Position numbers and translations under genes: made by a program. This document shows, piece by piece, positions 44,021 to 52,900 of a stretch of 55,223 bases of DNA. This DNA comes from a virus (Duplodnaviria > Caudoviricetes), in IMG/VR virus record IMGVR_UViG_3300025282_000042, positions 1-55,223 of that record; one strand, 5' to 3'. Below the pieces are notes generated by a model. That model was given only the letters and a program-made list of their open reading frames with translations, was not told the DNA's origin and did no database searches. Numbering within the stretch: the first letter of the stretch is position 1; each line of letters begins with the position of its first letter.

Positions 44021-44840
44021 TTTACCAACAATTTATATTGGATACGATCCCAGAGATGGGGAAGCATATAAAGTTCTTGTTGAATCCATACTGGATTTTT
44101 CTTCTAAACCAGTGAATATTATTCCTATCTTTCAGGAAGAGATGCGGCGAATAGGTTTCTATAGAAGAGAAACCATTAATATTATTCCCAATATATCCCA
44201 GAGCATGGCTCATTCAGAAAGTGAAGAGGAGATATCTGTAGATACAGTAGATAAAAAACCTTTTTCAACTGAATTTAGTTTTACTCGTTTCTTAGTTCCC
44301 TTTTTAAATAGGCATCAAGGGTATGCTCTATTCATGGATTGTGACATGATGGTAAGGTCGGACATTATGGAAGTATTTGATTATCCATTAAGAGAAGACA
44401 AGGCTATCTGGTGTGTGCAACACAACCATTCCCCCACAGAGCATTTAAAGATGGATAATAAAGCACAAACACAATACTCTAGAAAAAACTGGTCTAGTTT
44501 TGTACTGTGGAACTGTGGTCATGAAGCACATAAATATTTTTCTATAGATGATGTTAATCTCCAGACAGGATGGTATCTCCATAATTTTAAATGGATTTCA
44601 GACCATGATATAGGTTCTCTTCCAGAAGAATGGAACTGGCTGGATGGACACTCATCCCCTGACCTCGTAGCTAAAAATGTTCACTTCACCACTGGTGGTC
44701 CTTGGTTTAAAAACTGGAAAGCCAAAACAATTGGTGACGCAAAGTATGCGTTGGAGTGGGACAACACCCACTCAATTATAACTATTGAAGAATCTTTAGG
44801 AAAGGAAAAGAATATAGCATGGAAAAAAGAATTAATATAG
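44013..44840 (+). CDS. GT-A glycosyltransferase (GT8-like / CDI-like)
   Basis: IYIGYD.R, STEFSFTRFLVP.L, DxD motif FMDCDM, RKNWSS.VLWNC.H, WNWL and HFT.GGPWF. Confidence 0.88.
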   Translation: MHSLPTIYIGYDPRDGEAYKVLVESILDFSSKPVNIIPIFQEEMRRIGFYRRETINIIPNISQSMAHSESEEEISVDTVDKKPFSTEFSFTRFLVPFLNRHQGYALFMDCDMMVRSDIMEVFDYPLREDKAIWCVQHNHSPTEHLKMDNKAQTQYSRKNWSSFVLWNCGHEAHKYFSIDDVNLQTGWYLHNFKWISDHDIGSLPEEWNWLDGHSSPDLVAKNVHFTTGGPWFKNWKAKTIGDAKYALEWDNTHSIITIEESLGKEKNIAWKKELI

Positions 44841-47113
44841 TTACATCTTTTTCTGAAGATGGTTGGAAAACATATGGAAAAGAGATGGTGCGTACTGCCG
44901 CCAAGTATTGGGGGCCAAATATTTATTTGACAGCATTTTATCATGACTTTGAAATGACTGATCCGTTTATTAATCCACAAATTTCTTATCGTAATTTAAA
45001 TAAAGTACAGGACATGGTAGACTTTAAGAAAGAGTATGCAAAGTATGATGGTACTCTGGGTGGGAAAGCTCCCTACACTTACAAGTTAGACTGTTTAAAA
45101 TTCTGTCATAAAGTTTTTGCACTCACAGAATTTGCTTTTGATTTATGTTCTTACAGTAAAGAACCGGGATGGCTTATCTGGCTGGATGCAGATACCATAA
45201 CGACAAAGCGTTTAAATCATGTAACCCTTAGTACCTGTCTCCCAGAAAATGCTTCCCTAGTTTATCTGGGAAGGAAGCACTATGAATATAGCGAGACATC
45301 TTTTTTAGGATTTAATCTTAATCACCAAGCACCAGTAGATTTACTAGGAGACTTAAGAGGAGCCTATATTTCTGGTGAGGTTTTAAATTACAGGGAATGG
45401 CATGATGGGTTTGTCTTTGAAAGATTATTAAAAATTTATATAGCTCATGGATTAAAAGCCCATGACTGGACAGGACATCTGGATGAAATTAAGAGTCTTC
45501 ATTCTGGTGTACAAGCCTTTGAGAAATTTCCTTTAGGTGAATACATGATCCATAATAAAGGATCAAGAAAGAAACCCGGAGGAGGTGTTTCTCCTGATAT
45601 TAATGGACCAGAAAGATACAAACAATTAATGCAGTTAGTTCTCTTTTATAAACCTAAATCTATTATTGAGACAGGAACATGGAATGGTGGTAGGGCTATT
45701 CAAATGGCTTTAGCTGCCTTCCAACATACAGATAAGGTAACGTATACAGGCTACGATCTTTTTGAAGAAGCAACAACAGAATCAGATAAACTAGAATTAA
45801 ATTCAAAAGCTCATAATTCTATTGAAGCAGTTACTGGAAGACTGCAGGAATTTGCAGATAAGATTAAAGAGCAGGGAAAAATATTTAAATTTAAACTACA
45901 TAAAGGAGATACAAAGAAAACTTTAAAGAAATCTAAAGCAGACTTTTCTTTTATAGATGGAGGACATTCAGAAGATACTGTTAATCATGATTTTAAAATG
46001 CTTAATAAATCTCCTGTTATTGTTCTTGACGATTACATCCTAAAGGAAGAAGATGGGAGCGGTCCTTCAAAAGAATTTTATGGTGTAAATAAGATTGTCC
46101 AGAAACAAAAACGCTCTACCATTCTCCCTTCTAAGGATCAGGTAGAAGGGGGAGGAAGGACTCATTTAGCAATTGTTTTAACAGATAAGGATTTGCCGGA
46201 TATCCCCATAGATATTCAGTCAGTTCCTATTGTAGTCCACCCAAAGGATTGTGTTCCAAAAGAATACATTGAAACTAATGTAAAGGCCAATACAAAAATA
46301 ATTAATAAGTGGATTCAAAGAGCTAAACCAAATAATGAGGTTGCAATCCTTGTGTCTGCAGGAAGGGTTGACTGGGAATCATTAAAGGGTTTTATCAGGC
46401 ATGAGGGTGAAGACAGGTGTAAGGTTGTCTGTGTAAAACATTCCTATCCTAAACTCTTAGAAGAAGGAATAAAACCTTGGGCTTGTGTAATTCTTGATCC
46501 CCGTCCAGTTGATGGGATAAGTACTCATGGTGTAGTAAGAAAAGATTTATTTAAGACTGTGGATAAAGATACTTTATTCCTTAACGCATCCATGACTGAT
46601 CCCTCAGTAACCAATCTTATTAAATCTAAAACAGATAATATTATTGGATGGCATGCTTTTTCAGAGGCACTGAGAGACACAAAGGCAGAGGAACAACAGA
46701 AGGCTATCACTGTAAAAGAGGAGCTAGGCATAGAGGCAGGAGCTACAATGATCGTTGGTGGAACCTGTGCGGCTATGCGGAGTATAGGTATTATGCATAC
46801 ACTAGGCTTCAGAACTTTCCATCTTTTTGGATATGACTGCTCCATGCCTGAACCAAGTGCAGAAGAGAAGAAGATAATTGAAAATGAAAAACCAAAATAT
46901 ATTCAGGTAGGTATTAAAGTAAACGGAGAGAACCGTCCCTTCTGGACTACAGGAGAACTCTTGGCTATGGCTCAAGACTGTGAGAAATTATTTGATAGAG
47001 AAGATGTAGATATGAATTTAAATTTTCACGGAAGAGATACTCTTGTCGCAGCTATATGGGAAAACTCAACGACTAAAAACTTAAAACATTACAGAGAAGT
47101 GTTAGAGATATAG
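44819..47113 (+). CDS. Three-domain fusion: GT-A glycosyltransferase + class I SAM methyltransferase + Maf/DUF115 (MptE-like) domain
   Basis: N-terminal: VTSF..G...YG, KF.HKVFA, WLDAD, YSETSF, EWHD.FVF, H.KG. Middle: IETGTWNG, GYDLFE, FIDGGHS, VLDDY. C-terminal: ILVSAG, VCVK, ILDP, GGT.A, LGFR.FHLFGYDCS. Confidence 0.75.
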   Translation: MEKRINIVTSFSEDGWKTYGKEMVRTAAKYWGPNIYLTAFYHDFEMTDPFINPQISYRNLNKVQDMVDFKKEYAKYDGTLGGKAPYTYKLDCLKFCHKVFALTEFAFDLCSYSKEPGWLIWLDADTITTKRLNHVTLSTCLPENASLVYLGRKHYEYSETSFLGFNLNHQAPVDLLGDLRGAYISGEVLNYREWHDGFVFERLLKIYIAHGLKAHDWTGHLDEIKSLHSGVQAFEKFPLGEYMIHNKGSRKKPGGGVSPDINGPERYKQLMQLVLFYKPKSIIETGTWNGGRAIQMALAAFQHTDKVTYTGYDLFEEATTESDKLELNSKAHNSIEAVTGRLQEFADKIKEQGKIFKFKLHKGDTKKTLKKSKADFSFIDGGHSEDTVNHDFKMLNKSPVIVLDDYILKEEDGSGPSKEFYGVNKIVQKQKRSTILPSKDQVEGGGRTHLAIVLTDKDLPDIPIDIQSVPIVVHPKDCVPKEYIETNVKANTKIINKWIQRAKPNNEVAILVSAGRVDWESLKGFIRHEGEDRCKVVCVKHSYPKLLEEGIKPWACVILDPRPVDGISTHGVVRKDLFKTVDKDTLFLNASMTDPSVTNLIKSKTDNIIGWHAFSEALRDTKAEEQQKAITVKEELGIEAGATMIVGGTCAAMRSIGIMHTLGFRTFHLFGYDCSMPEPSAEEKKIIENEKPKYIQVGIKVNGENRPFWTTGELLAMAQDCEKLFDREDVDMNLNFHGRDTLVAAIWENSTTKNLKHYREVLEI

Positions 47114-47122
47114 GAGGATTTA

Positions 47123-47527
47123 ATGTTTGGAATTGCTGAAAGTGTAATCGGAGTTGCAGGAAAGGTCTTAGATAAATTTGTTGAAGACAAGGATTTAAAA
47201 ACTAAGCTTGAGGCTGAGTTTAAAACACAGGTACTTCACTTAGACGCACTTCAGGCTCAAGCTAATATTGAACAGGCAAAGCATCCCTCAATTTTTGTAA
47301 GCGGTAGTAGACCAGCAATCATGTGGATATGTGCCTTTGCTTTAGGATGGCAATTTATATTTGCTCCCATTATATCGTGGGGTTTAATCATATGGTATCC
47401 TCTGGTCACTCTTCCCATTCTTCAGACACAGGAACTAACTGGTTTAGTATTAGCACTTCTTGGTCTAGGTGGAATGAGAACTGCAGAAAAATGGAGGGGT
47501 GTTCATAGAAATAATATGAAGAGATGA
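47123..47527 (+). CDS. Holin (3TM, GTA-type)
   Basis: LDKFV.DKD, N.E.A.H.S.FVSG.RP.I.WIC and LLGLGGMRT.EK..GV motifs. Confidence 0.85.
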   Translation: MFGIAESVIGVAGKVLDKFVEDKDLKTKLEAEFKTQVLHLDALQAQANIEQAKHPSIFVSGSRPAIMWICAFALGWQFIFAPIISWGLIIWYPLVTLPILQTQELTGLVLALLGLGGMRTAEKWRGVHRNNMKR

Positions 47528-47745
47528 GAATCTTTCTCTCTCTGATCTGCATCCTATGTTTAAATGGGTGTACAATTACATCTGGTTTAACGATGGGAGC
47601 TTCTGCAGCGTCTTCCCTCTTTGACAGATACGAGAAACACAAAATCGAAAGGAGATTAAAAGAACTTGAAAAAGAAATACAGGGAAAGAATGGCTATAGC
47701 TATGTGGATGTCGGCTATGGTTATAGTAATGGTGGGTCTTATTAA
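47524..47745 (+). CDS. Putative lipoprotein
   Basis: MRIFLSLICILCLNG|C lipobox; ATGA overlap with the holin. Confidence 0.55.
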   Translation: MRIFLSLICILCLNGCTITSGLTMGASAASSLFDRYEKHKIERRLKELEKEIQGKNGYSYVDVGYGYSNGGSY

Positions 47746-47769
47746 TATAATCTGTGGAGGATGTGTGGT

Positions 47770-48111
47770 ATGATGGCTGGTAAGGTATGGGGTAACACTC
47801 AACTTATCCATGCTAATGGTGTGCTGGAATTTCACAGAATTGAAGTAAATGAAGGAGGAAAATGCAGCAAACACAGACACAAATATAAATGGAATGGTTT
47901 CTTTGTAGAAAAAGGAGAGCTTATTATTAAGGTATGGAAAAATGATTATGATCTAATGGATATAACCATTCTTAAAGAAGGGCAGTTTACTCAGGTTAAG
48001 CCCGGAGAGTATCACCAGTTTGAAGCTGTAAGAGATACAGTAGCCTTTGAACTTTACTGGGCAGAGTTTGATCACGGAGATATAGAAAGGGAGAATGTAG
48101 GAAGTGCTTAA
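47770..48111 (+). CDS. Cupin (mannose-6-phosphate isomerase-like) protein
   Basis: GKVWG, CSKHRH..K.NGF.V.KGEL and V.PGEYHQF cupin motifs. Confidence 0.8.
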   Translation: MMAGKVWGNTQLIHANGVLEFHRIEVNEGGKCSKHRHKYKWNGFFVEKGELIIKVWKNDYDLMDITILKEGQFTQVKPGEYHQFEAVRDTVAFELYWAEFDHGDIERENVGSA

Positions 48112-48511
48112 CGAAAAGCAAGAGAAGTTTGCACAGGCATATGTCATGCACAGGAATGCAACAGATGCTGCAAAGGCTGCAGGATATGCTGAAAGGTCTG
48201 CTTATAATCAAGGATACAGACTTCTGCAGGATGCTGTCATTCAGGAACGGATAGAAGACTTAGCAAGAGAACTTGAAACCAGTGTTGATGTCATAGAAGA
48301 AATAGAAAATCAATATGCTTTTGCTAAAACCCAAGGACATACAAACAGTGCAATTAAAGCACTGGAACTTTTGTCCAGAGTAAGAGGACATAAGAGTGAT
48401 AAGGATAAAGAGATTAGTAGAGAGGACTTACAGGCATCCATCATAAAAGCAATGGAGATATTAGGACAAGACGAAATAACTAAGCTTGTAAAGAAATGTG
48501 AATTTGATTAA
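48104..48511 (+). CDS. terS: Terminase small subunit
   Basis: LNEKQEKFAQAYV..NATDAAKAAGY...A...G.RLL....I...I HTH pattern; AIKALELL. Confidence 0.75.
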   Translation: MLNEKQEKFAQAYVMHRNATDAAKAAGYAERSAYNQGYRLLQDAVIQERIEDLARELETSVDVIEEIENQYAFAKTQGHTNSAIKALELLSRVRGHKSDKDKEISREDLQASIIKAMEILGQDEITKLVKKCEFD

Positions 48512-48831
48512 TGGAAACTATGGTTACACTTACTGAACGAGCCAAGGCATACATGAAAAGTGTATGTGAAGGAGGATATGTAACTCTTGGTATTAGGGGA
48601 GGAGGATGTTCTGGGTTTCAGTATGTATGGGGATTGTCTCCTGAGTTAAACGGAGAAGACATCCAGTGGTCACAACCTGTAGAAGATATCCTTCTACTTG
48701 ATCCAGTAGCTGAATTACATATCTTAGGAAGTGAAATAGATTATGTCGAGGAACTTGGAGGAAGCTTTCTAAAAATTATAAATCCTCTTGCAACCAGTCA
48801 ATGTGGTTGCGGAGAGAGTTTTAGTGTGTAA
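48511..48831 (+). CDS. iscA: A-type Fe-S cluster carrier (IscA/SufA/HesB)
   Basis: TLTE.A, GGGCSGFQY, G.EIDY and NP.A..CGCGESF. Confidence 0.92.
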   Translation: METMVTLTERAKAYMKSVCEGGYVTLGIRGGGCSGFQYVWGLSPELNGEDIQWSQPVEDILLLDPVAELHILGSEIDYVEELGGSFLKIINPLATSQCGCGESFSV

Positions 48832-48884
48832 TGACCCTTCTTCTACAGAATTCCCTGCGAATACACTAAATTAGAGAAAATTAA

Positions 48885-48974
48885 CTCTCTAGGAAGCTCA
48901 CTGAGAGCGTTAAGAGGGTTCCTATATACAATCATACCGGAGAATATTGATTATCACCAGTGAGGCTTAGAGAG
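48885..48974. terminator. Structured convergence region between the two arms (possible bidirectional terminator)
   Basis: Imperfect inverted repeat CTCTCTAGGAAGCTCACTG / CAGTGAGGCTTAGAGAG in the 166-bp gap between convergent genes. Confidence 0.3.
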
Positions 48975-48997
48975 CCTTGAAAAGGATATCGCCTCTT

Positions 48998-49336
48998 TTA
49001 CCCTATGGGAGGATGCTTTCCATTGTGCATGTCGTATAACTTACTGATATCCTCCATTATCATGGCTACTTTAGCTTCTAAAATTCCTCTTCGCTCATTT
49101 ACCTTTGCCAAATTATCTGGACTTAAGATACCAGTTAAAACTTTTATCTGGTTCTGGAGAACAACGATGCTGTTAGACATCCCATCCAAGTCATGACCAT
49201 ACTCACTAAGCTTTTTTAAAATGATATCCTGATTTTCTTTTAGAGTTCTGACTTGAGCTTTAACTAAAGCCCATGCTCCAGACAGAGATGCTAGGACAGC
49301 ACCTATTTGAAAAAGCATTCTTGCATCTAGTTCCAT
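48998..49336 (-). CDS. Membrane-anchored coiled-coil protein (lysis-region; holin/spanin-like)
   Basis: One N-terminal TM segment then a coiled coil; ends MHNGKHP; GGAGG RBS. Confidence 0.5.
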   Translation of the reverse strand: MELDARMLFQIGAVLASLSGAWALVKAQVRTLKENQDIILKKLSEYGHDLDGMSNSIVVLQNQIKVLTGILSPDNLAKVNERRGILEAKVAMIMEDISKLYDMHNGKHPPIG

Positions 49337-49611
49337 TAGCACCTCCACCTTTTTCTGGCTTGTCTTAATCTTGAATTAGGATTCTTAGCTGCTTTAGGAA
49401 ACTTCTTCATCTGTCCTGCTGATCTTGCACAATAACTCTTCCGTCTAGCTGCTCTCTTACCTGTAGGTTTCTTCTCTGTTACAGCAGTCTTTAGTTTACT
49501 GCCGGGATTTTGTCTGCGATATTTCTCTACTCCCTTAGAGGTTAATCCAGCACCAGACTTTGTTGGTCTTTTATATCCTCCCTTTATTGTCATCCCTTTC
49601 ATACCAGCCAT
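49336..49611 (-). CDS. Conserved basic phage protein (DUF6321-like)
   Basis: GAGLT.KG..YRR.NPGSKLK, RRKSYCARS.G and PNSR..AR.RW.C motifs. Confidence 0.7.
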   Translation of the reverse strand: MAGMKGMTIKGGYKRPTKSGAGLTSKGVEKYRRQNPGSKLKTAVTEKKPTGKRAARRKSYCARSAGQMKKFPKAAKNPNSRLRQARKRWRC

Positions 49612-49992
49612 TTATTTATAACTCCATATCCAAGGTCTTCTATGTATATCTGTATTAACCATATCATCTAAGTGAATAAATCTGGAAACTCTATTCCCTC
49701 TCTGGGCTACTCCTATCCCAGTCATCTCATGTTTTATTCCAAGTCTTATTATTTCGTAAGCCTCAGAACCAAGACACTGGATATCTACTGCCCTTCCAAA
49801 AACATGAGGAGAATTTTCTGCTCCCCCAATTCTTATATTATAAGTTGGACTTCTATAAGCAGATGTTAAAATAATTGGTTTGTTAAACTCTTCTCTCAGG
49901 GTTACAAGCTTTTTCATAAAGGCTGAATCCATGTGGCATTCACCTGTTCCCTTACATTTTAATTCTTTCTCACTAAAATATTTCCACTCCAC
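49612..49992 (-). CDS. Endolysin, peptidase M15A family
   Basis: YFS..EL.C, L..LR, TSAYR...N..IGGA.NS.H..GRAVDI and FIHLD motifs. Confidence 0.88.
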   Translation of the reverse strand: MEWKYFSEKELKCKGTGECHMDSAFMKKLVTLREEFNKPIILTSAYRSPTYNIRIGGAENSPHVFGRAVDIQCLGSEAYEIIRLGIKHEMTGIGVAQRGNRVSRFIHLDDMVNTDIHRRPWIWSYK

Positions 49993-52900
49993 TATCTTTG
50001 TCCTGTTTGAGCACCTACATAACTTTTATATACATTAATCAGTTCAGCCTGTGCCTCTCTAACAGGAGGAGGTGATCCACCTCTTTTCTTTGTAGCCTCG
50101 TTCCATTTAAATATATCCTTTCTTAATGGAGCAGGAGGTATATAAACACCTTTATTAATTAGATTAGCCAGAATTTTCTTGTCCATAAATTTAGGGAAAT
50201 ATCCTTCTCTTGTAATGGCTTTATAAATATCTTTATTATTCATACCCAAACTCTTTGCATGAGTTATTACATCAAACATATCTTTTGCTAAAGAAAATTG
50301 TTTTTCTAAAGCTTCTTCATAGCCTTCAACAAGTTCTTCTGCTGTCATAGGAGATTGTTGTTGTGTCATATCTGTAAATATTTTTCCAGCTTCCCCCATC
50401 TGCCTTTTTAAATCAGACATCCTATATCCTAATTCTATTTTAATGTCATATTTTTGAGGCTTTACACCAGTCAAACTCCATAACTCATTTTCTTTTGTAG
50501 TCTTTCTTCCAGCCTTCCCCCTCTTCATAGCATACTCAGCCCCTTCAAAAGGCTGTTCAGTATACGCTCCATATATATTTCTAGCTGTTCTAAAAAGACC
50601 GGGATCAAAAGGCTCTAAGAATCCTAGAACTCCTGCTGTCATATCTTGTGCTAAACTATTCGATCCTTTATAAAGTTTATTCCCATACTTATCACGATTA
50701 ACTGCTATATTAACCAGACTTTCTGCAAGCATGGAGGGACCAAAAGTTTCCCACAAAGGCTTAAACCAAGTCTCTCCAACAGCATCTAAAATTTTACCAT
50801 CTACATCCTCTCCCCTATTTAAAGCTTCAATTCCTGCATGTATAGGACTTTGAAATTTCGCCCAAGGATTAATGTAACTTATATTTACTCTTGTTCCTTC
50901 TCCATTTTCAGGATTACCATAGTAAATAAAACGATCACCTTTATCATAAGGAGCATTAAAGAATTCTAATGCTTGTTTCCTTGTATAAGGCTGACCTTCT
51001 TCTTTTTCATTCAAGTCAGTAAATATTTCATTAGCTGTATAAGGTAATGCAGTACCAGCAGCAGTTACACTAATCACAGAACCTGCTCTTGTTAATCCTG
51101 CCTTAAGTTGAGTACCGCCCCTCTGACCACCAGTCTGTGATAGAAGCTTACTACCCTGTGCTATATCTCTTAATGCTGTACCATAAATATTAGTTTGAGT
51201 TCTCATTAGCTCTGTAGTAAAGGCAAGAAAGTCTGCTGCTGGAAGAAGCCTTGCATATCTTACAAACTGAGGAACCCCTGCGTAATTCTGCATATGTCTG
51301 GATACCATATCTGCTGCATATTCATCCAGATTTGTAATTATAATCTCCTCGCCATCTCCTGACCTCATCCTTCTGGCAACCTGATCTGGATAGCCTTCTC
51401 CAAACTGATCTGCAAGTATCTTTTTATATGTATTTTTTTCATTAATAAAAGCCATCTGTTTCCACATGTCATCCATTGACTGATAGAGTTTAACCGCACT
51501 GGTATTTATAGAAACAGCTTTGTCTTTTAAAGTCTTGTCTCCTTTATATATCTGATCTGCTCCGTTCCAGAATTCCTTTTTACTTCCTAATCTTAAAGCT
51601 TCTCTATAGGTTCCAAGATCAACACCGCTTTGAATATAACCAAGAGCAACTCCCTTTTCCATTTCTTTCCTAAGTTCTTTGTCACTCCACTTAGACATTC
51701 CTCTTGCAACTTGATATATTCCTTTTAATGAACTAGGTCTAAAATATCCTGCTCCTGCAGCCATCCAGCCAGCACCAAGAAAGTTTCTTGCAATAGCTGT
51801 GGGACTCCAAACAGTTTTAGCAGCCCTTGTATGTCCTTGTAATAAAAGATATTTTTGAAGATGTTTTTGTTGTAACACAGCAATATTGTTACCATTAATA
51901 ATTGCATCTGCAACTTCTTTATTTGCATATAATCTATCAAGAGGACTGGCTCTGGTATCCAGACTACCTCCAAGGAAGTCTATTTCCATTCCGGCAATCT
52001 CTTCGCCGCCTTCTGTAATAGGTCTTCTTACTCCTGCTCTAACAGGCAGCACAGAAGACAACTCTACTGTTCTTCCAGTGGCAGGATCAGGACGTGTTCC
52101 AGCACCACGAATAAGACTTTCCCCTGTTCCCTGCTCTACAACTTCTCTTCCAGTCAACCTTTTTACCCACTCAGGACTATAAGAACCAAACTCACTACCC
52201 ATCCATTCTGGACGTTCCCTTGTCCTTAAAACGTCCTCTGCTTCTGCACCTACTCTTCCTGCCACGGCTCCTTCAGGAGGTACTACATTTTTAATTAAGT
52301 TAGCTATAGAATTTTCAAACTGATATGTTTCTAAAGTCTGATTAATTTTCATTAAAGAGTTTGCATAATTAGTAAGAGGGTCTTTATATTCTCCAAGCAA
52401 TCCTCTTAGTTCTTCTGGAATATCTTTTCTTTTAGTTAAAATTTTACCTGCCGCACCTTCTCTGAATTTTAATGGAGAAGTAAACGCAGTTATTAAATCT
52501 TCTTCTGTATGCGAGTCAAGTAAGTTTTTTATAGTTTGCTGGATTGCTCCATTCTTACCCATGTATGCATCATATATCTCTTGATCTCCTCTACTTAAAA
52601 TACGTCCTTCACTTGCATTCTGGAAAATTATTCCAAAGCCTTCATCTCCCTCTGCAAATCTTTTTCTAAAGTAGTCTTCTGCTTCCTTCCTAATTTTAGG
52701 ATTATTCTTAAGAGTTTTTCCCCAATCAGGATCATCAAAAATTTTGTATTGTCTTGTAAGCCAAAGCTCACCTGACTTTCCATCCATAGATGCTTTGATT
52801 GTTGTTTCAAGCTCAGAGCCTTCTTTTATCATACCACTATCCAGAAGTTCTTTTTGAAGAATACTTATATCTTCTCTCATACTAGCCAAAGCTTTTAATG

